Shown here in pieces: positions 10,300 through 19,747 of a stretch of 64,000 nt of DNA. Source of the DNA: Candidatus Moanibacter sp. (GTDB lineage Bacteria; Verrucomicrobiota; Verrucomicrobiia; Opitutales; UBA2987); assembly GCA_965215885.1 (NCBI GenBank), contig CBDCEW010000100.1:96001-160000 (forward strand), read 5' to 3'. Each line of letters opens with the position of its first letter. The stretch's first letter is position 1. The translations under genes and the position numbers were made by a program. Below the pieces are notes generated by a model. It searched no databases. It was not told where the DNA came from and worked only from the letters and a program-made list of their open reading frames with translations.

Positions 10300-10362
10300 G
10301 CCTAACGTTGAAGCACACTCGCGGAGGCGTAAGCCGAAGTTGAGTGGTCCGATTTGTTGGCC
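10300..10362 (-). other. attC site
   Basis: GGCCAAC...cactc...gagtg...GTTAGGC; R'' complements the cassette start GTTGGCC. Confidence 0.85.
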
Positions 10363-10616
10363 TAATAGTGGTATTTGAGCTGAGCCAGGTAGATGGAATC
10401 CTCCCTGAACTTGTAGACCATTCTGTGTTCCTCCGTGATTCTCCGGGACCAATATCCGCTCAGCGCATGCTTCAGCGGTTCCGGCTTTCCCAATCCATCC
10501 GTCGGATTTCGTTTCGTGTCCTTGATCAATGCGTGAATCCTCCTCAAAGTCTTCTTGTCGGTCTTTTGCCACTCAAGGTAGTCCGACCAAGCATTCTCCG
10601 AGAAAATCAGCTTCAT
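10362..10616 (-). CDS. yoeB: Txe/YoeB family toxin
   Basis: AWSDYLEWQKTDKK...GLGKPEPLKH.LSGYWSRRITEEHRMVY...YHY. Confidence 0.95.
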   Translation of the reverse strand: MKLIFSENAWSDYLEWQKTDKKTLRRIHALIKDTKRNPTDGLGKPEPLKHALSGYWSRRITEEHRMVYKFREDSIYLAQLKYHY

Positions 10617-10864
10617 TCGCTGATCTCCCGCTCGGTACCCTTCCCTTCTTCAAGTTCCGCGATCGATTCAAGCAGTCTGCTGGCGTTCTTGGGGCTGCGA
10701 AGAAGGTAAGCCGTTTCCTGCAGGGATTCGTAATCGTCGAGTGACATCATCACCACCGAAATATCTTTTTTCTTGGTGATGATGACCGGATCCCTATCAG
10801 AGACTACCTTTTCAATCGTCTTAGCCAGATTCTCTCGAGCCGTGGTATACGTGATCGCATTCAT
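10613..10864 (-). CDS. yefM: Phd/YefM antitoxin
   Basis: ITYTTARENLAKTI...ETAYLLRSPKNASRLLESI; own promoter-like TTGACT-N16-CATGAT inside the cassette. Confidence 0.95.
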   Translation of the reverse strand: MNAITYTTARENLAKTIEKVVSDRDPVIITKKKDISVVMMSLDDYESLQETAYLLRSPKNASRLLESIAELEEGKGTEREISE

Positions 10865-10912
10865 ATGCCCAGGATCATGGACATGTTTTGGCGGAAGTCA
10901 ATCTCCTATCAT

Positions 10913-10975
10913 GGCCAACGTCCGAGTTCACGGTCGGCGAGGGGATGGCCGGTCCTGCGGAACGATTGGTTTGGC
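10913..10975 (-). other. attC site
   Basis: GCCAAAC...GTTGGCC downstream of the PhyH gene. Confidence 0.75.
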
Positions 10976-11002
10976 AGCTATTCGTTGATTGGCGGTCCGT
11001 GC

Positions 11003-11698
11003 CTACTCAACCGGGAAGAAATGGGAGACAATACCGATTCGCGGCTGGTCGGTTTGATTGCCGGACGAACCGTGAATGCACAGACTGTGATGAAATGCGG
11101 CGTCACCGGGAACCAAGCGGGCATACACCACCTTGTCCAAAGCGGGATCCGGTACCTCGCACGCACGGTGAATTTCATACTTACCCACCACATCCATGTG
11201 GGGGTTAATACCCGTCCGATGGCTACCCAACACATATCCCACGGAGCCGTTTTCGGGATAGCACTCGGTCAACGCGATCCAACAGCTAATGCCGGCTGCA
11301 CTCGCACGTTGACCCTGCCAATAGTGACCGTCCTGGTGCCATTGCACTCGGGCATTGTGATGTGCCGGTTTGGCAATTACCTGCCCATAGGAAAAACGCA
11401 ACGGATAGCCGGTTAGATACTCAGCCAACTGCTGGGCTCGGGAGCGGGAGGGATGCTCAACCAATTCCGGAATCGGACCATCGTCCGTAATTGCAATCTG
11501 CTGTTGACGACCGTGTTTTATATCCTTGTTTCCCTCTTCTCCGAACCCTACATGTCCAAGTTCACCATCTAAGGCCGGACGCAGCAGTTTTAAAAGCTCG
11601 AGGGCTTCATTGTCACTGAGGAGCTTTTGAAAAAACACAAAACCACTGTCTTTGTACCGTTGGCGAAGGGCTGGATCAGGATTGGCAACGGGGTTCAT
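11003..11698 (-). CDS. PhyH family Fe(II)/2OG dioxygenase (cassette gene)
   Basis: WHQDGHYW, YVLGSH, IHGS; followed by an attC. Confidence 0.87.
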   Translation of the reverse strand: MNPVANPDPALRQRYKDSGFVFFQKLLSDNEALELLKLLRPALDGELGHVGFGEEGNKDIKHGRQQQIAITDDGPIPELVEHPSRSRAQQLAEYLTGYPLRFSYGQVIAKPAHHNARVQWHQDGHYWQGQRASAAGISCWIALTECYPENGSVGYVLGSHRTGINPHMDVVGKYEIHRACEVPDPALDKVVYARLVPGDAAFHHSLCIHGSSGNQTDQPRIGIVSHFFPVE

Positions 11699-11709
11699 TT
11701 TGGACTACT

Positions 11710-11828
11710 CCTTTAAACGCCACTTGCCGGTATAGCCGCAAGTCCGCATCAACGTAAACTTCACCCAATCCGCCTTTACCAAGTGGTCGGATATTCTCCT
11801 GTTTCGCGAGTGTCTCACCTGCTTTCAT
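11710..11828 (-). pseudogene. Hanks-type Ser/Thr kinase N-terminal fragment
   Basis: IRPLGKGGLGEVY...LYRQVAFK = glycine-rich loop plus VAxK subdomain II. Confidence 0.65.
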
Positions 11829-11875
11829 GTTTTGTTTGTTTATCGTTAAACGATACGATGAAGCGCGCGCCAGCG

Positions 11876-11936
11876 CGCGGACGTCGGCGTTCACGCGCTC
11901 CGCTTACCGCGTCGGCGTGCGACGCTTTGTTCGAGC
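11876..11936 (-). other. attC site with mutated R' core
   Basis: GCTCGAAC 4 bp after the sulfatase stop matches the cassette start GTTCGAGC; R' reads GTCCGCG. Confidence 0.7.
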
Positions 11937-11940
11937 CCGA

Positions 11941-13383
11941 TTATTTCCATATTCCGGTAATCTCTTGGAACTTATTGATGGGACTATAGGGATCGGGGTA
12001 ATCTTGCCCCTCGTGACTTCTTCGGCAGGATTCAACGAACCGTGATAGTTTCTTCCTCATGTCACGGGCACGGTCCGACTTCTGTGCAACGATATTGGTT
12101 GTCTCTGCAATATCCGCATCGAGGTCGAATAGCATGTCCTCGTGACCGTCCGTGGACAGATTGGTCAGGAACTTGAATCTGCCATCTACCAAGGCGAGCG
12201 TCGGGGCCCCAAACATGGCTGCTTCAGATTCAAGGAAACGATAGGGAATGGGGCAGGGCCGTTCCAAACTCCGTCCTTCAATCAAGGGCATGAGACTGAT
12301 ACCGTCAATCGGACGGTCATCGGGCATGTTGTATCCAAGAAGTTCAACGATCGTGGGGAAGTAGTCGAGCGTGCTACACGGCATTTCGTATTCTGTTTTT
12401 GGTGCTACAATTTTGAGCCATTTCAGGAGTGCTGGCACGCCAATGCCACCGTTGAAGAGGCTACGCTTGCGTCCGCGGAGTCCACCGGTGGTCCCACGAT
12501 TGCGGCCATTGATGGAGAGGTCTTCGCCTCCTTCCGGACCGTTGTCCGAGCAGAACCAAACCATTGTATCTTTGTCGATCCCAAGTTCCTTCAAGGTCCC
12601 GTTCAGTCGTCCGACCTGTTCGTCCATGGCGGTGATGCAGCCATAGTAGTGCTGTTCGTCTTCGCTGAATTCGGAATACATTGCCCGATACTCCGGTCCT
12701 GCCACGACCGGGGTATGGGGCGTGTGGAACCAGATGACAGCCAGGAAGGGAAGATGACGTCCCGCGCATTCCTCAATGAACGGGATGGCCCGGTCAATGA
12801 TCACGCGCGAATCATCACCTCCCAGGTTGTCACGGACGATACAGCCATCTTGGTCCCAGTAGTGGGTGCCGAATGGAGTTGCCGGTTCTCCCCATCGATA
12901 ACCATTCCTTCCCATCTCATGGGGAGTCATCATGGGATCCCATGTCGGCACCTTCGCTTCCGTTGAGAAACAGACATCAAAGCCGTGCAACCATGGTGGG
13001 GAAAGCTCTTCCCTGTGATCGGGTCCACCCCGAATGCTGTCTCTCACAGTGGTTGTCATTGTGCCCAGATGCCATTTCCCGAAGTGACCCGTGCGGTAGC
13101 CTGATGACTTGCAGACACTGGCAAGTGAAATCTCGTTAACAGGCAAGCGCCCTTGGTTAGCGTGTGTCACCCCATAGCGGGAGTAATGGCGACCTGTCAG
13201 GCAGGTCCCACGAGTGGGGGAACACACCGGTCCCCCCGCAAAGAACCGCGTGAAGCGTGCACCTTCCGAACGCATGGCATTCAGGCAAGGTGTTCGAATG
13301 ATTTCATTACCGTTGAAACCTGTGTCTCCGTACCCCAGGTCATCGCACATGAGGAGTACTATGTTTGGTTTGTGCTGCTTCAT
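11941..13383 (-). CDS. Sulfatase (cassette gene)
   Basis: PNIVLLMCDDLGYGD, CSPTR, GKWHLG, FCSDNG; attC on both sides. Confidence 0.93.
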   Translation of the reverse strand: MKQHKPNIVLLMCDDLGYGDTGFNGNEIIRTPCLNAMRSEGARFTRFFAGGPVCSPTRGTCLTGRHYSRYGVTHANQGRLPVNEISLASVCKSSGYRTGHFGKWHLGTMTTTVRDSIRGGPDHREELSPPWLHGFDVCFSTEAKVPTWDPMMTPHEMGRNGYRWGEPATPFGTHYWDQDGCIVRDNLGGDDSRVIIDRAIPFIEECAGRHLPFLAVIWFHTPHTPVVAGPEYRAMYSEFSEDEQHYYGCITAMDEQVGRLNGTLKELGIDKDTMVWFCSDNGPEGGEDLSINGRNRGTTGGLRGRKRSLFNGGIGVPALLKWLKIVAPKTEYEMPCSTLDYFPTIVELLGYNMPDDRPIDGISLMPLIEGRSLERPCPIPYRFLESEAAMFGAPTLALVDGRFKFLTNLSTDGHEDMLFDLDADIAETTNIVAQKSDRARDMRKKLSRFVESCRRSHEGQDYPDPYSPINKFQEITGIWK

Positions 13384-13393
13384 CTACCTTTCG

Positions 13394-13450
13394 CTCGAAC
13401 GCTAAGGACAGGTGCGGCTTCAGGCGTTACCTAAACCGCTTAGTTAGGGG
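13394..13450 (-). other. attC site
   Basis: CCCCTAAC...aggt...acct...GTTCGAG; R'' matches the cassette start GTTAGGGG at 16286. Confidence 0.8.
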
Positions 13451-13614
13451 CCGATCTTCATATATTTTGGTTTCCTGTCGAGCTTCGAATCTCTAAGAGG
13501 ATCTTCGCCCTAATCTCCGTCAAAAGGGGCAATCGGTTCGTGTAAATCTCGTAAACGACCGGTGAACTGCCCTATGGATCGCGGCATGCGCGAGGATCCT
13601 GGCAGTGTCCGGGT

Positions 13615-14951
13615 TCAAGAGGCTGCGAGCGGTTCGCCTGTTCGGGGCGGCTTCCAATTCGCCGGAGCGAGTTCGGCGATCTCGGTGATGTTCATGTCCG
13701 GCAATCTTTTGAGGACGTCAGTGAGGTAAGCGGATGGTTCAATTGCGTGCCGCCGGCAACTCTCAATGATCGAGTAAATTACGGCGCTTCTCCAACCGGC
13801 CTTGGGGTGGCCGATGAACATCCAGTTTTTCTTTCCCAGGGCGGTCGGCCGGATAGCATTCTCAATGAGGTTATTGTCGATTTCAACCTTGCCATGCTCG
13901 AGGTAGCGCTTGAGTGATTCCCACTGGTTCAGAGCATACTCAACGGCTTCACCCATTTTGCTCCGCGGCAAGGCCCGCCGTTTGAGTATAGGCAAGGCTT
14001 TGCCCAAGCGTTCCACGATCCCAAGCGTTCCACGATCATCCGACCATGGCTTTTCCGGTAGGCTTCGCGCAAGGCGTAACCGTCGGTTTGGAGCAACCCT
14101 TCGTATCCGTTGAGGAACTGCTCGAGACATTTTACCCCACGGCCTGTGTGCCAGTCGTAGAGCACCTCGCCGCCGGGTCGCCCGTAGACCCCCAGGTATC
14201 CTTTCCTGCAGCCCTCTTTCTTGCCTGCGTCCGGATCCAGGTAGCGGATGGGCGTTTCGTCCGCCTGGATGTAACCGCCCTCGAACAATTGTAAGCACAT
14301 GTAGTTGTAGATGGGTTTTAGCCATTGCGCTACCTGGTGGATCCAATCGAGCATGCTCTGGCGCGCCACCCTTACTCCGTAGCGTTCCCGGAAAATCTTC
14401 TCCTGCCGATACAACGGCAGGTGATCGACGTATTTGCTCAGTAATATGTGCACCAAAAGCCCCACTCCAGGGATCCCTTTTTCAATCAGCCGCGATGGTA
14501 ATGGCGCCAGCACGGGAGGTTCCTGGGGCTTTTCGCGAGATACATATTTGCGCCGTATATAGCGCCGCCTGATAAATCGGGCCGGGAGCAAATCTAACTC
14601 TTCAGTGACTTCCTCACCGATCAACCGCCACTTTTGCGGTTCAACCTTCACCGCTTCGGGTTCGATTACGATCTCTTCGACTTCCAGGTGCTCGGGCAGA
14701 CGCTGTCGCCTCGCCCCAGCTCCTTTGCGCGCCTTCGGCTCGGGTGGTGGCTCTGCCGTTTGCTCAGCGGGTTTGTTTTCCTCGGCCTGCTCCAGCCCGG
14801 CCAGGAGCAATTCCAGCTGTCCCGGATCGATCCGCTCGCTTTGGTTGCCTCCAAAGTAGCGCTTAATGAGCCAGCCGATCTTCTGACGTAAAAGCCGATT
14901 CTCCTCTCGGAGTTGCTCCAGCTCTGTTTGCAAAACCTCGACTTCAGGCAT
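13615..14951 (-). pseudogene. tnpC: IS66 TnpC transposase, frameshifted and internally deleted
   Basis: KYVDHLPLYRQ, ADETP, LQTDGY in one frame; IDNNLIENAIRP in another; short tandem duplication at 14003-14037. Confidence 0.85.
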
Positions 14952-15018
14952 GAAAACAATACTAAACTAACGGTAATAAGAAAAGCACTACTTTTTCAAA
15001 AAAATCACTTTTTTTGAC

Positions 15019-15369
15019 CTAACGCTGATACCAGGGCCGGATCTTCCCCTCCCTCAGGTCGATCCCGTTCAAGAGCATGCTCAACGCTTCAGGGCGCAAT
15101 GGAAGCTTCTGATCTTTCAAGTCCACTCCCTGCGGCCAGCTGAACCGACCCTTCTCTAATCGCTTTGCGAAAACCCATAACCCCGTGCCGTCCCAATACA
15201 GAATCTTGACCCGGTCCCGGCTGCGATTGCAGAAGACAAAGTCCGCTCCGCTCAACGGGTCTTCCTTGAGCTGATTGGCCGCCAGGGCGTAGAGACCATT
15301 AAAGCTCTTTCGCAGATCCGTTACTCCCACGGCCAGGAAAACCTTCATCGTTCCCGGTAAGCTCAGCAT
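15019..15369 (-). CDS. tnpB: IS66 accessory protein TnpB
   Basis: TDLRKSFNGL, FCNRSRDRVKILYWDGTG, KRLEKGRF. Confidence 0.92.
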   Translation of the reverse strand: MLSLPGTMKVFLAVGVTDLRKSFNGLYALAANQLKEDPLSGADFVFCNRSRDRVKILYWDGTGLWVFAKRLEKGRFSWPQGVDLKDQKLPLRPEALSMLLNGIDLREGKIRPWYQR

Positions 15370-15728
15370 CCCGATTCCCTCAACGCCTTCACCAGACTCG
15401 CCACTTGTTCCACCGCAACACCGCAGTCCACCTCCACCCGTATCGGGTCCCCTAAGACGATCTCGATCCGATCCTCCGTGACCGCGCTGCTCTGCACCGT
15501 AACTTCGGCAAACCGCGCCCCCGCCGATTTTACCCCGCTGCTTCTGTGCCCGGCCCGGTCCTTGCGCAGCCATCCCATAAAGGTCATATACTTGATACCG
15601 TGCCGCTGGGCAAACGCCCTCTGCGTCTGATTGCTGCGACGGTATGCGCTTATCAGTCGCCTGCGCTCCTGCCGACTTCGTCGAACGATTCGCTTCGACC
15701 GTGTCCGCCCTCTCGTTTTTTCTCCCAT
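15363..15728 (-). CDS. tnpA: IS66 accessory protein TnpA
   Basis: HTH-like SNQTQRAFAQRHGIKYMTFMGW, FAEV; first ORF of the element. Confidence 0.8.
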   Translation of the reverse strand: MGEKTRGRTRSKRIVRRSRQERRRLISAYRRSNQTQRAFAQRHGIKYMTFMGWLRKDRAGHRSSGVKSAGARFAEVTVQSSAVTEDRIEIVLGDPIRVEVDCGVAVEQVASLVKALRESGC

Positions 15729-16007
15729 CCCATAATCATATCACGGTCGGCATCTTTGCGCTACAAGGTCGTTGCCCGGTCGCTTACTAAATCTCGACGA
15801 TTGCGTATGTTCGATCCGCGATGTTTTGCTGAAACTGCATATTCTTATCGCCGGTGACAAATACGTCGAAATTCCCTTCGATTCGTCTCAAGAGGACCCC
15901 GTTGCTTATTCCGGACCACCCCAGTTCGTTAATCGTCTTAGTTTCGAATTCAGCAAGCAACTCGGAGAAAAATGATATAGGCAGATTCTCGTCGATAAGA
16001 ATCCGCA

Positions 16008-16211
16008 TCAATCTTCCCTGGCCAGCCTAAGAAAGGCGTCTGCGTCCTCTTGCGATACGCTCGGGAATTCCGCTAGAAATTTCTCAAGCGTGCTACCATC
16101 GTCCAGATAATCGAGCAACGTTTGAGCCGGTACACGCGTGCCACGAAACACCAGCGTTCCGCTAAGTACTTCAGGATCAGAATGTACTGGACTGTGGATT
16201 AAAGTTACCAC
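16008..16211 (-). CDS. DUF433 antitoxin
   Basis: DPEVLSGTLVFRGTRVPAQTLLDYLDDG...FPSV. Confidence 0.9.
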   Translation of the reverse strand: MVTLIHSPVHSDPEVLSGTLVFRGTRVPAQTLLDYLDDGSTLEKFLAEFPSVSQEDADAFLRLARED

Positions 16212-16279
16212 GAATCCATTAAATGCTTTTCAGACAATCGTTCAATGCCCAATGTTCGCTCAATTTTCATCTCTCCCAC

Positions 16280-16305
16280 CCCTAACGTCAGAACTGAGCG
16301 AAGCG
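16280..16305 (-). other. Right half of an attC site
   Basis: cgcttcgctcagttctgac-GTTAGGG fused to a truncated ParE gene. Confidence 0.6.
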
Positions 16306-16312
16306 GCCGGCC

Positions 16313-16417
16313 AACCTCGTTCCGGAACCGCAACCCCAGACCTGGCTCTTGAGACTCGTAGTAGGCCACCGATTCGACGAACTCCTGCTCCGCCTCCTCG
16401 AGCGTGATCAGCGTCAT
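16313..16417 (-). pseudogene. 3'-truncated ParE/RelE toxin
   Basis: EAEQEFVESVAYYESQEPGLGLRFRNEV, then runs into the half attC. Confidence 0.8.
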
Positions 16418-16647
16418 CTCCTAAGGCGGAGGTCGATCTCTCCAAGGACAGCGGCAAAAGGGCGTCCTTTGGCTAGTCCCGCATCAATCTTGTGGATGCG
16501 GCGTTCGATCTCCTCCTCCCACGCGGCCTCAGCTCCAACGTCGCCAGATGCTTCCGCCTTCTCCAAAAGCGTGCGTACCAACCGTAACTGCTCGCCCTGA
16601 GGCAGGGTTAGCGCCTCATCCGCGATCTCGGCGAAACTGCGACTCAT
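16414..16647 (-). CDS. Addiction module antitoxin component
   Basis: EALTLPQGEQLRLVRTLL...AWEEEIERR. Confidence 0.85.
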   Translation of the reverse strand: MSRSFAEIADEALTLPQGEQLRLVRTLLEKAEASGDVGAEAAWEEEIERRIHKIDAGLAKGRPFAAVLGEIDLRLRR

Positions 16648-16693
16648 AGCGCAAACCTATCAGTGAACTTGATATTGTCGAGGGGCTTTTGCT

Positions 16694-16752
16694 GGCGAAC
16701 GCTACTCCTCAGGCGCGGCCTTCAGGACGTCGCCTGCAGGAGATTGTTGGGC
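16694..16752 (-). other. attC site (59 bp)
   Basis: GCCCAAC-aatctcctgcaggcgacgtcctgaaggccgcgcctgaggagtagc-GTTCGCC; close relative of the site at 28701. Confidence 0.9.
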
Positions 16753-16784
16753 AGGCCTGTGTTGGCGACTCCGTGCCTCTGAAT

Positions 16785-18035
16785 CTACCCGTGAAACGAA
16801 GAACCTTTTGTATGATAGACCACCTTGTTGCGGGTGATGCTGTTATTGTTGTTACGAGTGATGATTGGGGTCTCGCGCCAGTTGTAATAGGTGCTTACTC
16901 GACTTAGGGGCAGGTCTAGCAGCAGTTGAACCATATAGGCGACAACACCATTGTTGTGTTTGCCCAACCAGGTCTTGCCATAGAAGTTGGTTTCGTCGTC
17001 CCAGTTGTTGAGAAAGGGCATGAAGGTCTTCGAAGTGTAGTGATCAATCTCATCACCCCGATACTCACGCAGTTCCGGGTATTGCCGGTAGATGCAGCAG
17101 AGCGGGTGCATCTGGTTGAAAGCTGAACAGCCGCTCCCTTCAAAGCCGCCCTTCTCGGTGGCACCACTGAGATGGTAGTCGATAATGTTCTTCGGTTCGG
17201 GAATCGGCCAGTCGAACTGCGCATAGGTGCACAGAATCTTCATGTTGCCGCTGGTGCGGTTGATGAAGTCAGCCTCCAGGCCGCCCCAGTAGCCTTTGCC
17301 CTCCTGGTACTGGCCATCAACCAGCTCCTTCACGTAGTGATAGCTTCCATCAAAGGGCTCCTTGCCGGCCTGGCGTTGTCTGGCCATATGCAGATTAAGT
17401 GCATGTCCAATCCGACCACACGCAGAGTACGGGCTGTCACGCCATGGCAGGCTGTTGAAATAGGTGAGCGTTGATTCCCGCGTCGTCAGATCAGGTTCAA
17501 CACTACCCGGACTGAGTGACTTCAAAAACGACTCATCGCTTCGGGGACGCGGGAATTCCTCTTTATTCATGAAGATGCGGTTGCGTACGATCCAGTCGGC
17601 TTCCCGTTCAAGACCAAAGGCCTCGAGTTCTTCTATCCACTGTTCCAGGATCGCGTCTTCCTTCTTCCGCATGTCGGGATCGTCTGCATCCAGCCACGGC
17701 GGAATGAACCCGAGCGCCCGAAGTTCCGCATAAAACGCCAGTGGATAGTTGGGCGAGGTATAGGCACCCTCATCCATGTGATGCACCTTGCCGCCCGGTT
17801 CATTGGCAAAAAGCCACGATCCTTTGCGAACTCGCGTTGCTTCAAAGAAGCTCCACGACTTTTCAACGCGTCCGGCGATTTCGGTGAAGATATCCTTTAG
17901 CCCTTTGCGTCCGCAGCCGGGGCAGTCAGCCGGATCGGCTTTGGGGATACCGAGCACGTCACGGCAGTCTGGACAGAAATAGTAGACCCGGCTGCGGGGC
18001 CACTGGTCGGGAGGTAGGACTATGTGGGACATCAC
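16785..18035 (-). CDS. Hypothetical protein with N-terminal zinc ribbon (cassette gene)
   Basis: 416 aa; CPDC...CPGC; cassette start GTTGGGC matches R'' GCCCAAC. Confidence 0.8.
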   Translation of the reverse strand: MMSHIVLPPDQWPRSRVYYFCPDCRDVLGIPKADPADCPGCGRKGLKDIFTEIAGRVEKSWSFFEATRVRKGSWLFANEPGGKVHHMDEGAYTSPNYPLAFYAELRALGFIPPWLDADDPDMRKKEDAILEQWIEELEAFGLEREADWIVRNRIFMNKEEFPRPRSDESFLKSLSPGSVEPDLTTRESTLTYFNSLPWRDSPYSACGRIGHALNLHMARQRQAGKEPFDGSYHYVKELVDGQYQEGKGYWGGLEADFINRTSGNMKILCTYAQFDWPIPEPKNIIDYHLSGATEKGGFEGSGCSAFNQMHPLCCIYRQYPELREYRGDEIDHYTSKTFMPFLNNWDDETNFYGKTWLGKHNNGVVAYMVQLLLDLPLSRVSTYYNWRETPIITRNNNNSITRNKVVYHTKGSSFHG

Positions 18036-18061
18036 GCGTCTCGTTTCATCTCTCCAGTCTC

Positions 18062-18140
18062 GCCCAACGCCAGGCGCAGCGGCATTTTTGGAGCGCGGAA
18101 CGCACGGAAAAAATGTCCGACTGCCGCCACTTGTTATGAC
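18062..18140 (-). other. attC site
   Basis: GTCATAAC...gcagtcggacatttttt...aaaaatgccgctgc...GTTGGGC. Confidence 0.92.
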
Positions 18141-18164
18141 TGGCGATCAAAGTCAAAACCAACC

Positions 18165-18743
18165 TTAGTCTTCCCAAACATCTATGCGAGGTAGGCCGAG
18201 TTCGTCTCTGGCTTTGTCAACAACGCTCTGAATGAAGCGTGTTTTTGCTTTGGTATAGGCAAGTGAATCTTCTGCGTATGTATTAGCAAGCTCATCTTTT
18301 AACTTCCCATAGGCGTTAACTTCTTGCGGATGCTCGAGTAAATAGTCACGCATAAGGCGCTCATTGCGTTCATCCCAGGTTGACAGTTCGACGATATGCA
18401 GGTGGAAAGTTTGGCTGCTTGCATCTTGCCTGCGTAAAAAGTGACGATTAGGCATGCCCGTTTCGATGATTTGGTAACCATAGTTGCTAAGCTGTGGCAG
18501 AAAGCTATCAAGCTCGTTAAGACTATGAACCGCAGCCATCATGTCAATGATAGGTTTAGCTCGTTGTCCTGGAATGGCTGTACTACCAACATGTTCAAGC
18601 TCGATGAAGTGGATTTCAGTGTTGGCTAGTAAACATTCACGCTCCGTAGAAAAAATCTCTACCCATTGAGGACTATAATCAACGATTTCGACGTCGTGAC
18701 TGTTTAGCTTAGGTCCGTTGATCATTACGTTTCCCAGAGTCAT
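18165..18743 (-). CDS. GrpB/UPF0157 nucleotidyltransferase-fold protein (first cassette at attI)
   Basis: EHVGSTAIPG..AKPIIDMM, FHLH, MRDYL, YTKAKT. Confidence 0.88.
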   Translation of the reverse strand: MTLGNVMINGPKLNSHDVEIVDYSPQWVEIFSTERECLLANTEIHFIELEHVGSTAIPGQRAKPIIDMMAAVHSLNELDSFLPQLSNYGYQIIETGMPNRHFLRRQDASSQTFHLHIVELSTWDERNERLMRDYLLEHPQEVNAYGKLKDELANTYAEDSLAYTKAKTRFIQSVVDKARDELGLPRIDVWED

Positions 18744-18790
18744 AACAATATATTATGGCAGGATTTCCTCGCAGGGAAAAGCGAAGAAAT
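18739..18790 (-). other. attI site of the truncated integrase
   Basis: G|TTATGAC core (18746-18739) without an attC palindrome, upstream of and divergent from intI; complements the first cassette's R'' GTCATAAC; outer limit approximate. Confidence 0.75.
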
Positions 18791-18973
18791 CATCGCATAA
18801 CTTCATTACTCTGATGTACAGGTAAGCCGTTAGGGGTCAACGGCAAAGCGGAAAAAACCGCGCAATAACCGTCCAGAAAGAACGAAGTATAGTAGGCAAA
18901 ACTCGACGAAGTTCGCTTCGCATTTTCTGAAAAATTTATTGACGAGCCAGATTAGGTGAACATTATTTCACTT

Positions 18974-19306
18974 ATGGAACGCAAGCATGGAACAATACGT
19001 GACCGAATGCGCGAGAAGATGCGAAATTCGTACATGAGCATCCATACCGAAAACGCGTACCTCGGTTGGTGCGGGCGATATGTGCGATTTCACGTCGGTC
19101 GATCGCCGAGTCGGATGGGCGCGACAGAGGTTCAGGCCTTTCTCAATGATCTGACCGTTCACGGCCGGGTAGCGGCGAAAACCCGGAATCAAGCCCTGTG
19201 TGCCATCGTCTACATGTATAAGCAGGTACTTGGACGCGAAATCGGAAAAATCGGAGAGCTGGAGCGCGTTCGGACTCCGAATAAACTGCCTGTAGTATTG
19301 AGGTGA
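18974..19306 (+). pseudogene. intI: Integron integrase, N-terminal third only
   Basis: TENAYLGWCGRYVRFH...EVQAFL...[17 protein letters not shown]...LPVVL, near-identical to the 32290 gene; no catalytic domain. Confidence 0.92.
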
Positions 19307-19309
19307 ATC

Positions 19310-19570
19310 TGAGAGGGGCAGACTGCGAATTTCTCGGTGGAGAAGAGGCTTTGATGGCGTCGGGAATGGGACGGACTGCTCGGTAGGGCATCCGCCCATT
19401 CAGGGGTTGAGAGCTTGGGTGTCTTGCCTGGCACAACCTCCCTGCTGGAGGGCAGAGTGATTCACCCGAATATCCGTGAGAGTTTCGGGTTAAGGTAATC
19501 GGTAAGCGTCCGGAGGAACGCAGAAGATAACATGGGTTGTCAGCCCCGAGGTCCAACTCTCTGCGACGCA
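19310..19570 (-). repeat. ~260-bp diverged direct repeat, copy 1
   Basis: Aligns by eye with 23185-23440 (e.g. gagagcttgggtgtcttgcct, ggtaatcggtaagcg, agaagataacatgggttgtcag). Confidence 0.85.
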
Positions 19571-19747
19571 TGTGAGAAAAATCGAAGAATTCGCAGTCTG
19601 GTACCCTTGCGACGCCCCATAAAATGGTTATCACGCAAAACACAGGCAACCCCCGGCGCGCCGTTGTCCAACAATCCCGATGAAGCTAGCGCTTAGAGTT
19701 ACCCACATCCCTTATCTTGTTGGGTGGCTCCTCCAATGTAGTCGGGG

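Larger units (their letters stand above)
13551..15787 (-). mobile_element. IS66 family element (defective tnpC)
   Basis: IRs GTAAGCGACCGG / GTAAACGACCGG; 8-bp TSD TAAATCTC (13543-13550, 15788-15795); tnpA-tnpB-tnpC order. Confidence 0.95.
13458..16011 (-). pseudogene. DUF5615/PIN-like toxin interrupted by IS66
   Basis: MRILIDENLP...FVTGDKNMQFQQN; frame resumes (YTNRLPLL...) across the IS66 target duplication. Confidence 0.8.

Noticed and set aside
18945..18965. Verrucomicrobial LexA box (TGTTC-N4-GAACA) in the intI promoters, also near 32240
   Set aside because: Only the GAACA half is present in both copies, so SOS control is not supported
19310..19570. Group II intron remnant targeting attC
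   Set aside because: No GTGCG 5' end, domain V motif or reverse transcriptase fragment recognised
19665..19725. attC after the VapC45-like toxin (ACCCAAC...GTTGGAC)
   Set aside because: Cores are present but internal pairing is too weak to call
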